This document shows positions 38,401 through 46,614 of a DNA stretch of 64,000 nt, piece after piece (position 1 is the stretch's first letter; every line of letters begins with the position of its first letter). The stretch comes from an uncultured Clostridia bacterium (lineage in GTDB: Bacteria; Bacillota; Clostridia; Christensenellales; UBA1242), in NCBI GenBank assembly GCA_934748015.1, contig CAKVHF010000003.1, forward strand, positions 77,743 to 141,742. Reading direction: 5' to 3'. Position numbers and translations under genes: made by a program. The notes beneath the pieces are model-generated. The model saw only the letters and a list, made by a program, of their open reading frames with translations, was not told where the DNA came from and made no database searches.

Positions 38401-38653
38401 TGTCACCACTAACAATCGTCTTCAATTTAGTCTCGGTTGCATCGGTCGGCAAATAATTGATAGTGACATTGACATCATTCTCAACAATCAACTTCCGCTC
38501 AGTCTCTGTCTCGCTATCAAAGAACACGTTGGTCATGCCAATCTTGGTCTGATTAAATCCACCGATGATCGCATACACGCCTACTGCTAGTCCCATTACA
38601 CCTACCAGTACACCCAATACTATTCCAAATATTTTTAAGAACCTCTTAAACAT
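32435..38653 (-). CDS. Giant N-terminally anchored surface-type protein (~2072 aa)
   Basis: A single uninterrupted 6.2-kb ORF. ATG 38653 follows GGGAGAG; alternative starts lie at 38668 and 38692. The N-terminal helix is FLKIFGIVLGVLVGVMGLAVGVYAII. The rest is Asn/Thr/Tyr/Ser/Ile-rich and predicted beta-rich. There is no LPXTG motif and no recognisable enzymatic motif. Confidence 0.7.
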   Translation of the reverse strand: MFKRFLKIFGIVLGVLVGVMGLAVGVYAIIGGFNQTKIGMTNVFFDSETETERKLIVENDVNVTINYLPTDATETKLKTIVSGDTNIIDIPSTVTGGQEFTIKLRKTLTGRNIGGNVTIEFVSADKNSESNLISPCKLQLTVDVPVENNDLFFASDLRYISSSSSLNQRIIAKNQASTDFYLRSNKSNIFDINQWSRTENKETYFYYEENGVIVPLTIDDTALKVVSCTYDKTKDWYKLTFYPDRTNENVLKVISKVHRSYEIQSEYKSNGFSQLEEYVLGNISLSESDISGLLVRYNEFLDKYYKDYFAKGNSTALKFFDDNSTNGHVMLSSTDSEILKKIKTSLDYVFASTSIEFYISDVKVRSFTVTGSEVDLSLVKRDSMTGELDRTETYYVENASTGANYIASKFGINIQGTNLSGGGAISNEAKLDLINQITIDVLVFDNSGKSKIVDKNFVVNANTDYNYKADIENYKTKDDYKGKFGTNNQYLTVTKSDQKINGNYTWTFEKLVPSKSGEFQIYLMFTLGVDDEDGHKTFYDFVKVKISEDSDTSEDGLAKNNNINFGVDQDSSNTIYVSNDETIKSELMGKGYTPNTKSVSTYGNYSNVTFRNFKVFAYLGSGNDNGSIANYGNNSVMTKSSFSTEEAKKLYSVLDIKPDRICTFTNLDGKILQSIINEGKMSTSFVTQTQNTNVVYAYELFYEDIAQINSRELTRRVYTIDAVNASTNDIVLFGCYVLTDKDDNPINREGVRLYLGKDGGHVVEGDANNNKPAYKEYNSSLNEYNATNTDGIVFDKINVNGSEATIVNYIALNDITIQSNNMFKVKSVLEKLYYYTQIESDITITNNGKDTKYTAKSLIQRNDNLNIFGALKLLKGQTYNKLTVLPYDIKDLDNLTADGMHEKLTNSLLALNDAIQYSSLTGFNFEIRLNNTTLTDCVKVTSVNKDKLDGEQYNNTVYHPIIITLVAETIPQGDQVPYIIASNSELANSLYMPNDAVRLEVNDIAITGYGKMYNVDGELYVSDVKDEDTEVINNFDYIGKINSNDDRLWVTAGTPLFGKYKMLYLCDFSESSKFTKSLYKNFSTNITSGLEVDSNVFKFVADNANLDISMVSSNYIDEMICRYIFAYDGDWKNIDTLYTELKTRMAGNVNPTAKTYNEIYNLSNVSFTTEHTSCAEANVYVDVTAMYKLEEDNYQIRYYNKDGNEELCLFSNDQFATSLNASRLEKEYRYITNSKDGVVELRYIKTDENNTTDILIATIITDYAKYFTNGMEIEDGYRVKLDESGNLPLADQQGHYGILFKVKLTFNGDNSKIFDYYFTTDAKFQSPTFVLKDPVTGNPNLARYTIQGGTREFDFSDKFKAYYNSNKETELNSKIKFTIKEHNYAYFKLNEVKTDIMVGTSNKLFVYDCFEQRTVTVISELAGKKLTIELTIEPSVTKTITLTSNSKFYNYVNNANVIYNTANKKITIANNNTELEPATSFEIDGNYIIYDLSKLFSINGKTNYGIECTSASYIDLNGNTQSLSKDTVIANNEKEKLFKFVDVFVDVNKKHKGQKLHIHSDIFTTLVINFRLDISDSGYNFSPVEDVANMNYQVTIQPIVKVVKSNKLISNNTYYQYQQSSNILELLENGANLFDIISTQVLTKNSATDVLEYTADSNFVFGKFDKFEIMDNYNYQFAFNNKSYITRKQFVDTNGNRNQLGDIVYGSTSMINITDGKLSVKAIDKSIILPISYSIDNGFLGISNSRTTNSVELLVPIAGYVIYNDKTGKTYGYDYETKKYETISLDLSANGIYNMPDYLSLQYASLELVYETNSSLTTDVVLPQQAINNGTEILRYGVVADQLDQTSGTTTKVIDTSDQDQDIMINGVKYGTLIGNQQLSLRDYYNNMLSTSFEIYIFQYKIMTTGTSGNVARKVDINAYTSNASDTIGGIAVTINIVPSLQTAWSGVGVVVNSDMFKTTGIDVAGSDVATWLTNYLVFVQNNTNVTYQGGLYAVEYKVIEETNTCTVTFVEKDKDGNTISGNQIEVRFNSVIFDATGAFANHFADTTMVISISDHTGRQMIVQSGIIVNGR

Positions 38654-38859
38654 ATTTTTCTCTCCCATTGTTTTCATTCTAGATAAATACAAAATAATTA
38701 CTTAATTGTCTATACTTTAGCCTAAGTCGCACAAACAAAAATATCTACACATAGTATTTGTGTATATATTATTTTTATTTATTATATATAATAGTGTCTT
38801 TTTTTGTCAAACAAATAGTGTGCAAACAAAAAATAAGCAAAAGGCTTATCACCTCTTGC

Positions 38860-39588
38860 TTAATTCTTCTCAAACTTAGTCTGCAACTTCTTAAATTCCA
38901 CCATATCTAGGTCACGGATATTAAGTAATCTATTGCATATATTTAGTTGTTCATATTTTCCAAAACCTAATTTGGAAAAAGGAAGTAACTCCCACTTAAT
39001 AACATTGGGATAAGTGTCCACAATCGCCTTATATTCCTGCAACTTGCTAGCACTATCATTGATATCTGGCACAACCACTGTACGTATCCATACAGGTACA
39101 TTGCAATCTTTCAAAAAGTCCAAAAATTTAAGCGTTTTTGACATATCACAACATGCGTATTTTCTGTAGTCTTCTGCATTGGAAAACTTAAGGTCACATA
39201 TAACAAAATCCAGTTTCTGAAGCAATTGCTTAACTGCATCATTTAACTCAACATTGCCACTAGTCTCTATACAAGACTTAACGCCAATCTTAAGAAACTT
39301 AACCACACAGTCTAGTACAAAATCTGCTTGCAAAAGTGGCTCTCCTCCACTAAAAGTTATGCCACCTGTTTTGCCATAATAAGTAGTGTAATTGCGACAT
39401 TTGTTAACAACTTCGTCACTAGTCATAGGGATATACTTGGTCTTATCCCAAGTGTCTGGATTGTGACAATAGGCACACCTAAGGTCACAACCTTGCATAA
39501 ATACAACACTTCGGATACCAAAGCCATCTAGTGTGGAATAAGTGTCAATACTGTGTACTCTACCCACCATACTACTAGAATTTCTCAT
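38860..39588 (-). CDS. pflA: Pyruvate formate-lyase activating enzyme
   Basis: [16 protein letters not shown] is the radical SAM cluster motif. FSGGEPLLQ is also present. The gene is directly downstream of pflB. The start is either 39588 or 39570. Confidence 0.9.
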   Translation of the reverse strand: MRNSSSMVGRVHSIDTYSTLDGFGIRSVVFMQGCDLRCAYCHNPDTWDKTKYIPMTSDEVVNKCRNYTTYYGKTGGITFSGGEPLLQADFVLDCVVKFLKIGVKSCIETSGNVELNDAVKQLLQKLDFVICDLKFSNAEDYRKYACCDMSKTLKFLDFLKDCNVPVWIRTVVVPDINDSASKLQEYKAIVDTYPNVIKWELLPFSKLGFGKYEQLNICNRLLNIRDLDMVEFKKLQTKFEKN

Positions 39589-41800
39589 GGAATGTCCTGT
39601 TGATTACTTCTTGTTGTTGTTCCTTAGTCAACTTATTGAAGTTAACCGCATAACCACTAACACGGATAGTAAGATTAGGATATTTCTTAGGGTTGTTCAT
39701 AGCATCGATCAATGTCTCACGGTTAAGAACGTTAACGTTGATATGTTGTGCATTTCTAGCAAAGTAACCATCTAGTAAATGAGTTAAGTTAGTAACCTGC
39801 TCGTCCAACTTCTTGCCTAGAGCACTAGGGATGATACTAAATGTATTAGAAATACCATCACGGCAAGTATCATATTTCAATTTGCTTACACTATTTAGAC
39901 TAGCAAGAGCACCAGAACGATCTCTGCCATGCATTGGGTTAGCGCCTGGAGCAAATGGCTCACCCTTCTTTCTTCCATCAGGAGTATCACCAGTCTTCTT
40001 ACCATAAGATACGTTACTAGTAATGGTTAGAACAGATAGTGTTGGGGTTGCATTACGATAGCATTTGTTAGCCTTCAAGTTAGCATAGAAGTTCTCAACG
40101 ATCCACTTAGCAATCTCATCAACTCTATCATCATCGTTACCATATTTAGGATAATCACCCTCGATATCGAAGTGAGTAATAAGACCTCTCTCGTCCTTAC
40201 GAGCATATACCTTAGCGTACTTAATAGCACTCAAGCTATCAGTAAGAACGCTTAGACCGCAGATTCCAAATGCCATAAGTCTATCAACATTGGCATCATG
40301 AAGAGCCATCATCAATCTCTCATAAGCATATTTGTCATGCTCATAGTGGATGCAGTTAAGAGTATCAACATATAGTTTTGCAACAACCTTGCTGTACTTC
40401 TTGTATGCTTTGATAACTGTATCATAGTCTAGTAGACCTTCTTCAAATGGCTTAGAGATGCCATCAAATACTTGGTCACCCTTAACCTCATCTCTACCAC
40501 CATTTAGAGCATAAAGCAACATCTTAGCAATATTACATCTTGCACCAAAGAACTGCATTTGTTTACCAATACGCATAGCAGATACGCAACATGCGATACC
40601 ATAGTCGTCACCATATCTTTCTCTCATAAGGTCATCGTTCTCATATTGAATACTATCTGTATCAATAGAAACCTTAGCACAGAAGTCTTTGTAGTTCTGT
40701 GGCAAATATTTACTCCAAAGGATAGTAATATTTGGCTCTGGAGAAGACTTAAGATTATATAGAGTATTAAGAACACGATAAGATGTCTTAGTAACCATAT
40801 GTCTACCATCAGTAGTCACACCCGCCTCTGACATTGTAACCCAAGTAGGATCACCAGCAAAGATCTCGTTGTATTCTGGAGTACGAAGGTGCCTAACCAT
40901 ACGCAATTTCATAACAAAGTCATCAATAATCTCTTGTGCCTCAACCTCAGTCAAGATACCAGCCTTGATATCTCTCTCGAAGTAGATATCTAGGAATGTA
41001 GAAATACGACCGATTGAGTTAGCAGCACCAGTCTGTTCCTTAACAGCACCTAGATATGCAAAGTATAGCCATTGAACTGCTTCTCTAGCATTAGTTGCTG
41101 GCTTAGAGATATCATAACCATATCTATTAGCCATTTGCTTTAAGCTCTGTAATCCTTCGATCTGCTTCTGAACATCTTCTAGAAGCATCATGTTCTCCTC
41201 AGTTGTGCCATTAGCGTACAAAGCCAATTTCTCTTCCTTCTTCTTAGCAATAAGGAAGTCAACACCATATAGAGCTACTCTACGATAGTCACCGATGATA
41301 CGGCCACGACTGTATGCATCAGGAAGACCTGTAATGATACCGCAGTGTCTAGCTCTACGCATTAGTGGACTATAGATACGGAATACACCATCGTTATGTG
41401 TAGTACGATACTTAAATTGTGCCAAAACACTATTAGATAGCTTGTAGTTATAAGCTTTACATGCATTACGAACCATGTTAAGTCCAGAGAATGGGCTAAC
41501 TAGTCTTACAAGAGGTTTCTCGCTCTGAAGACCAACGATGATTTCGTGCTTCTTATCAATATATCCAGCTGGATGCGAGTCGATAGATGCAGTACGATTA
41601 ACATCAATACCTACAACACCTTTCTTTTGTTCTATCTTAAGTAGTTTTTCCAGTTTTGCAAGAATTTTCAAAGTTCTCTCGGTAGGACCTTGCAAAAAAC
41701 TAGCATCACCGCTATATTGTGTAAAATTCTTTTCAATAAAATCACTTACATTAATTTCTTTTTTCCATTTTGTGCCTTTAAATTTATCCCAATCAGACAT
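39575..41800 (-). CDS. pflB: Formate C-acetyltransferase (pyruvate formate-lyase)
   Basis: The active-site Cys pair is in GIACCVSAM. The glycyl-radical motif is [12 protein letters not shown]. Length is 741 aa. Confidence 0.95.
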   Translation of the reverse strand: MSDWDKFKGTKWKKEINVSDFIEKNFTQYSGDASFLQGPTERTLKILAKLEKLLKIEQKKGVVGIDVNRTASIDSHPAGYIDKKHEIIVGLQSEKPLVRLVSPFSGLNMVRNACKAYNYKLSNSVLAQFKYRTTHNDGVFRIYSPLMRRARHCGIITGLPDAYSRGRIIGDYRRVALYGVDFLIAKKKEEKLALYANGTTEENMMLLEDVQKQIEGLQSLKQMANRYGYDISKPATNAREAVQWLYFAYLGAVKEQTGAANSIGRISTFLDIYFERDIKAGILTEVEAQEIIDDFVMKLRMVRHLRTPEYNEIFAGDPTWVTMSEAGVTTDGRHMVTKTSYRVLNTLYNLKSSPEPNITILWSKYLPQNYKDFCAKVSIDTDSIQYENDDLMRERYGDDYGIACCVSAMRIGKQMQFFGARCNIAKMLLYALNGGRDEVKGDQVFDGISKPFEEGLLDYDTVIKAYKKYSKVVAKLYVDTLNCIHYEHDKYAYERLMMALHDANVDRLMAFGICGLSVLTDSLSAIKYAKVYARKDERGLITHFDIEGDYPKYGNDDDRVDEIAKWIVENFYANLKANKCYRNATPTLSVLTITSNVSYGKKTGDTPDGRKKGEPFAPGANPMHGRDRSGALASLNSVSKLKYDTCRDGISNTFSIIPSALGKKLDEQVTNLTHLLDGYFARNAQHINVNVLNRETLIDAMNNPKKYPNLTIRVSGYAVNFNKLTKEQQQEVINRTFHEKF

Positions 41801-42085
41801 AATAATTTCTCCCTTAGTTAATTTGTAAAATAAAGAGCAAAAACAAATGTTTTGCTCATCAAAAGCAACTCTATATTAGGGGCTACTCTTATATTAAACA
41901 TGTGCATTATAACACAACAAATATTGATTTGTAAATAGTATTTTGGCATTATTTCAAAAAAATATTTTTGTGTAATTTGCATAGATATTCTTTGTCATTT
42001 GGCTTGTAGTTTTGTCGTATTTTTTTAACCAATTAGCTTACATAATTTTGCCAAAAAATGAAGAAAAAGATTGATGCTAAAGATA

Positions 42086-42146
42086 AATAAAAAGTGAACC
42101 AGAAAGCAAATAAATAACTTTGCTAGAAAATTGGCTCACTTTTTTA
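42086..42146. terminator. Nested hairpin downstream of spoIVA
   Basis: AAGTGAACCA (42092-42101) pairs with TGGCTCACTT (42132-42141) with one mismatch. An inner stem AGCAAA/TTTGCT is present. T-runs follow on both strands. Confidence 0.5.
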
Positions 42147-42249
42147 ATAACTTTTTCGATTTTGTTTCACAATTTCGTCACAAAAACTTTTTTACAAAAA
42201 TACATTTTTTACTGAAAAACTAGATAACAAAATATCGAATAATTCTATA

Positions 42250-43725
42250 CTACAAAAGTATACAGATAACTCCACCCTTGCCTTCGTTGACAATACGCTT
42301 CATGGTCTTGCACATCTTCTTCATTGCCTCTTGCGGAACGGAAACTAACTTATTGTGAAGTCCCTCGTTAACCAAGTGATTAAGGCTGGTGCCGAACATC
42401 TTGGTCTCCCATATACCTTCTGGATTGCTTTCAAATTGTCCAAGCATACTCTTAACCAACTCTTCCGACTGCTGTTCAGTTCCAACCAATGAATTAACCT
42501 CAGTGTCTAGATCTATCTGCATAATGTGTAGGCTAGGTGCACTGGCTCTAAGTTTGACACCATACTTACCACCCTGTTTGATTATCTCTGGAGTCTCTAG
42601 TGTCATTTCGTCCAAAGTAGGCTGAACAACTCCATATCCGTTAGTCTTAACCTGCTCTATTGCATCCTTGAACTTATCATATTGCTTCTTAGCAACAGAC
42701 AATTGCTTGATGTAAGATACAAGATGATAATCGTCCACGATCTCCATGCCACACTGCTCGGATAATACCTTGTAAAATAGTTCTGGCTTAGGCTGAATAT
42801 TGATAACAACTCTACCCTCGCCCAAAACAATATCTACACCATTGATAGGCTCTACATTTTCACTTTCGGCAAACATAGTTAAGTCGTTGGCAATCTGACC
42901 GATCTTATCGAAATTGGCGGTCTTATCCTTGACCTCTGTTACGATCTCTTGGATAATTGGCGACTCAAATGGCAATGCGCACATCCATTTAGGCATCTTG
43001 ACAGATACTTCTGCCACAGGGAGATTTTGCAAAATCTCCGCAAAAATAGTGTTGATATCATCAAGTGTCATGTCTGCCACATTCATAGGTAGCACGCCTG
43101 TGCCATATTTGTCACTAAGTGCTTTGGCAAGCGATACAGTTTCTGGGCTATCTGGATGGGTAGAGTTAAGGATAACAACATAAGGTTTCTTGGTCATATT
43201 AAGTTCTGCAACAACCCTATCCTCTGCCTCTTGATAATCTTCTCTAGCAATGCCAGTAATACTGCCATCGGTTGTAACCATAATGCCAATAGTTGCGTGT
43301 TGAGTAATCACCTTCTCTGTTCCGATCTCGGCTGCTTTCTCAAAAGGCATGGGATCGTCACTCCAAGGTGTGTTAACCATACGAGGCTTATCATTCTCAA
43401 CATGTCCCAATGCACCTTTGACCAAATATCCCACACAATCAATCATTCTGACCCTAAATGACACATTGCCGTCTAGATTGACAGTTACAGCCTCGTTGGG
43501 CAAAAATTTAGGCTGAGTTGTCATAATTGTTTTGCCATCACCTGACACAGGCATCTCGTCTATTGTACGCTCTAAGTTGTAAGTGTCGTTGATATTTGGT
43601 AGCACTAAAGTTTTCAAAAACTTAGAAATAAAGGTACTTTTGCCAGTTCTAACAGGGCCTACTACACCCAAATATATATCACCATTGGTTCTTAGAGCAA
43701 TATCTTTGTATACATCATAATCCAT
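42250..43725 (-). CDS. spoIVA: Stage IV sporulation protein A
   Basis: MDYDVYKDIALRTNGDIYLGVVGPVRTGKSTFISKF is the Walker A region. Length is ~491 aa. ATG 43725 lies downstream of AAAGGAG. Confidence 0.92.
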   Translation of the reverse strand: MDYDVYKDIALRTNGDIYLGVVGPVRTGKSTFISKFLKTLVLPNINDTYNLERTIDEMPVSGDGKTIMTTQPKFLPNEAVTVNLDGNVSFRVRMIDCVGYLVKGALGHVENDKPRMVNTPWSDDPMPFEKAAEIGTEKVITQHATIGIMVTTDGSITGIAREDYQEAEDRVVAELNMTKKPYVVILNSTHPDSPETVSLAKALSDKYGTGVLPMNVADMTLDDINTIFAEILQNLPVAEVSVKMPKWMCALPFESPIIQEIVTEVKDKTANFDKIGQIANDLTMFAESENVEPINGVDIVLGEGRVVINIQPKPELFYKVLSEQCGMEIVDDYHLVSYIKQLSVAKKQYDKFKDAIEQVKTNGYGVVQPTLDEMTLETPEIIKQGGKYGVKLRASAPSLHIMQIDLDTEVNSLVGTEQQSEELVKSMLGQFESNPEGIWETKMFGTSLNHLVNEGLHNKLVSVPQEAMKKMCKTMKRIVNEGKGGVICILL

Positions 43726-43823
43726 TAATTGATTTTCTCCTTTCAAACATGTAGTTTACACTATTACTATTCGTGAGCATGCCAATATATGCTAAGTCGT
43801 TAGCAACTTTTGGGCGATATTTC

Positions 43824-43867
43824 CAAAAAAAACAGAGTAATCTGACTTTTGTTAGTCCAATTACTCT
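43824..43867 (-). terminator. Terminator of trmR-trhP
   Basis: On the minus strand, AGAGTAAT...ATTACTCT is followed by GTTTTTTTT. Confidence 0.6.
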
Positions 43868-43994
43868 ATCTAATGTAAAATCTAATTATAATGTATTATT
43901 GTAATATGCAAGTTAAATGATAATTAATATATACTCTAACACAGCATCGTTGTACAATCTGAGATATATTAAGTTATTTATACACTTTAGGAAA

Positions 43995-45215
43995 CTATAT
44001 CTTCTTGCGCAAGATGTCTCCTGCATGCAAGCCTGTAACGCCATCTAGTGTAAGAGTAAGGCGTTGCTGAACCTTAAGTGCATCTACAATCAACTCGCCA
44101 TTATCATCTCTCATCTCACCTACTACAAAAGTCTTGTTGAAGTTGGATGTAGGAGACAATATCTCCAACTCGTCACCTACCTTAAATCTGTTACGTTGCT
44201 CTACTTCAACCTTATTGCCATCTTGGTCAGTAACAACCACTGCCATAAACTCGTGCGACTGGATAGGCATAGATGTTTCTAAGAACTCTTTGTCATCAGC
44301 ATGGAAATAGAACCCTGTAGTAAATCTACGATGACTGGTCTTCTCCAACTCCTCATATAGTTCTACTGGGCACTCGTACTTCTCTGGATTGGCTAAATAA
44401 AGGTCTATTGCTCTACGATAAGCATTGGTTACGGTCGCTACATAGTATGGGCTCTTCATACGCCCTTCTATCTTGAAACTAGTGATGCCTGCACTAACAA
44501 GTTCTGCAATGTGTTTGATCAAGCACATGTCTTTGCTATTGAGGATATATGTGCCACGATTATCTTCTTGTATCTCATACTCATTGCCGTTAGGTCTGGA
44601 CTTCTCCCTAATAGTGTACTCAAATCTGCAAGCCTGAACACATGCTCCTCTGTTACTATCTCTGCCACACATATAGTTGGATAACAGACATCTGCCGGAA
44701 TAAGATATACACATTGCACCATGCACAAAGCACTCTATCTCGATATCTTTAGGAATATAATCTCTGATCTCTTTGATCTCTTCTATAGACAACTCCCTTG
44801 CTAGCACCAACCTCTTAGCACCCAACTTAACAAATTCCATAGCAGAATACTTATTGGTTATATTGCTCTGAGTGGATACATGCAGTTCTAGTCCTGGTGC
44901 GTACTCCTTAACAAATCGCATAATGCCAAGATCACTAACAATTACGCCATCTACACCTATTTCTTGCAAAAACTCCAAGTATTCCTTCAAACCTTCAAAG
45001 TCTGCATTGTGTGCCAAGATATTAACTGTAATGTAACACTTCTTGCCGTGAGAATGTACGAAATCAACACTCTCTTTCAACTCTTCGTTAGTAAAATTGG
45101 AACTCATTGCTCTAAGTCCAAATCTAGTTCCAGCAAAATAACAAGCATCTGCTCCAAAATATATCGCTGTCTTCAACTTCTCCATATTGCCTGCTGGGGC
45201 AAGTAATTCTATCAT
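43995..45215 (-). CDS. trhP: Peptidase U32 family protein, probable tRNA 5-hydroxyuridine synthase TrhP (YrrN/YrrO-like)
   Basis: MIELLAPAGN and CFVHGAMCISYSGRCLLSNYM are U32 signature regions. The gene is adjacent to a YrrM-type methyltransferase, as in Bacillus yrrM-yrrN-yrrO. Confidence 0.75.
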   Translation of the reverse strand: MIELLAPAGNMEKLKTAIYFGADACYFAGTRFGLRAMSSNFTNEELKESVDFVHSHGKKCYITVNILAHNADFEGLKEYLEFLQEIGVDGVIVSDLGIMRFVKEYAPGLELHVSTQSNITNKYSAMEFVKLGAKRLVLARELSIEEIKEIRDYIPKDIEIECFVHGAMCISYSGRCLLSNYMCGRDSNRGACVQACRFEYTIREKSRPNGNEYEIQEDNRGTYILNSKDMCLIKHIAELVSAGITSFKIEGRMKSPYYVATVTNAYRRAIDLYLANPEKYECPVELYEELEKTSHRRFTTGFYFHADDKEFLETSMPIQSHEFMAVVVTDQDGNKVEVEQRNRFKVGDELEILSPTSNFNKTFVVGEMRDDNGELIVDALKVQQRLTLTLDGVTGLHAGDILRKKI

Positions 45216-45216
45216 A

Positions 45217-45813
45217 TTATATATTCTCCTTGTAATCAGATATTGCAAATCCATCGTCTATATCATACTCTATCACACTGCTAAATGGTGGTTGCGACAC
45301 CCTTGCTAAATAATTCTGTAGACTAACAACGATCGTCTTGTGTCTATGCGGATATTTGTTAGATTTCACCATTCCAAAAAAGCCTATATTGTCCGCAAAT
45401 ATGCATGCATTGTTGTTAAGCAATTGCTCGATCTTGACTAGATATCTATAGTAGAACCCTTTAGGCCCATCCAAAAATACAAAATCAAACTTTTCGCCAT
45501 CCGCAATCAATCTGTCTAACACCTCATAAGCATCGCCATTGATTGCTTTAACACTATTGAAATCCTTTAGTGTATCGCATGCCATATTGTATCTATCGGT
45601 GTCTTTCTCTATTGTAACAATCTCGGCATCTCTAGCACATTGTAGCATAATAAGAGCCGAGTAACCTATGGCAGTGCCTATCTCCAGTATCCGTTTTGGC
45701 TTTCTTTTGGTGACCTCAGCCTCTAGCCTTGTGGCAGTGATATCTCTCACAATTGGCACACCATTGTTTTTAGCAAAATCCTTTAAATCTAGCAGTTTTT
45801 GATCAATTTGCAT
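45217..45813 (-). CDS. trmR: SAM-dependent O-methyltransferase, YrrM/TrmR-like
   Basis: RILEIGTAIGYSAL is the SAM-binding motif I. FDFVFLDGPKG is also present. The start is ambiguous: ATG 45813, ATG 45849 or TTG 45867. Confidence 0.7.
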   Translation of the reverse strand: MQIDQKLLDLKDFAKNNGVPIVRDITATRLEAEVTKRKPKRILEIGTAIGYSALIMLQCARDAEIVTIEKDTDRYNMACDTLKDFNSVKAINGDAYEVLDRLIADGEKFDFVFLDGPKGFYYRYLVKIEQLLNNNACIFADNIGFFGMVKSNKYPHRHKTIVVSLQNYLARVSQPPFSSVIEYDIDDGFAISDYKENI

Positions 45814-45937
45814 ATCTATATATTTTCCCTTATATTCACATAATTGCATAGTACCCAAATTATGCAAAATATTATATTTAACACCCTATTGTATCACAAA
45901 AAAAACATTTAGTATATATCTATCGCATGACTTTTTC

Positions 45938-45983
45938 AAAAAAAATATAAGAGTTGACTTTTGGTCTATAGCAACTCTTATAT
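45938..45983 (-). terminator. Terminator after the DUF1292-like gene
   Basis: A 12-bp stem ATATAAGAGTTG/CAACTCTTATAT is followed on the minus strand by TTTTTTT. Confidence 0.8.
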
Positions 45984-46071
45984 CTTGTGTGTAATATTTG
46001 TTGATATTTTATCCAACAATTAGTGGATTTTTGATCTGCTTGTTTCCTTTATAACTTGACCGATTTGGGAA

Positions 46072-46578
46072 CTATTCTTCGTCATTGGCATGAATAATAG
46101 AAAATGCTTTCAAGACTTCCTTAGCAACAGGAAGAGTGGATACATCGCTATATGACACATCACCATTAGGCATAACATCTAGCATAGATACCATAACATC
46201 TACTGGCTTGCCTGACGTCATAAGTATCATATACTGTCTGCCGTCATAAGGGATATAGTCCATAACAATATATTCTCTGCCATCCACGTCTACATAAGCA
46301 CCTGCTGGAATACGTTTCTCCAATTTCTCTGTTTCGTCCAATAGATCACTAGTAAGCATAGCATATACTTGTGCCAATTCCTTCTCGTCCTCTACCGAAC
46401 TAAGAATAGTCTGTCCATTAACAACACTTTCCTTTAAGACGCCATAGGTGTTAAGCATTTTGCTACCTTCGATCTCACCTGCCATAAAATAATTATGACC
46501 ATTGTATACTACCTTCTGTGTAAGCAAATAATCTTTGCCCTGTAGTGTAACTACTGTATTACTATCCATATTTTTCAT
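46072..46578 (-). CDS. Hypothetical protein with two DUF1292-like repeats (168 aa)
   Basis: VTLQGKDYLLTQKVVYNGHNYFMAG and VDVDGREYIVMDYIPYDGRQYMILMT resemble the DUF1292 pattern (D-x-G-x-E-Y..Y-x-l-l). The position next to yrrM/yrrN homologues mirrors yrzB in Bacillus. Confidence 0.45.
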   Translation of the reverse strand: MKNMDSNTVVTLQGKDYLLTQKVVYNGHNYFMAGEIEGSKMLNTYGVLKESVVNGQTILSSVEDEKELAQVYAMLTSDLLDETEKLEKRIPAGAYVDVDGREYIVMDYIPYDGRQYMILMTSGKPVDVMVSMLDVMPNGDVSYSDVSTLPVAKEVLKAFSIIHANDEE

Positions 46579-46614
46579 CCTCTCTTAAATTATATAATAA
46601 TTTCCATATTTGCA

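Noticed and set aside
41801-42249. A possible ZTP (pfl-motif) riboswitch upstream of pflB. I made the same check upstream of rdgB-fhs at 54058-54158.
   Set aside because: I found no CCGCCUGGGC-like 3' subdomain (no GCCCAG on the plus strand) in either region. The pflB upstream region is simply AT-rich with a spoIVA terminator.
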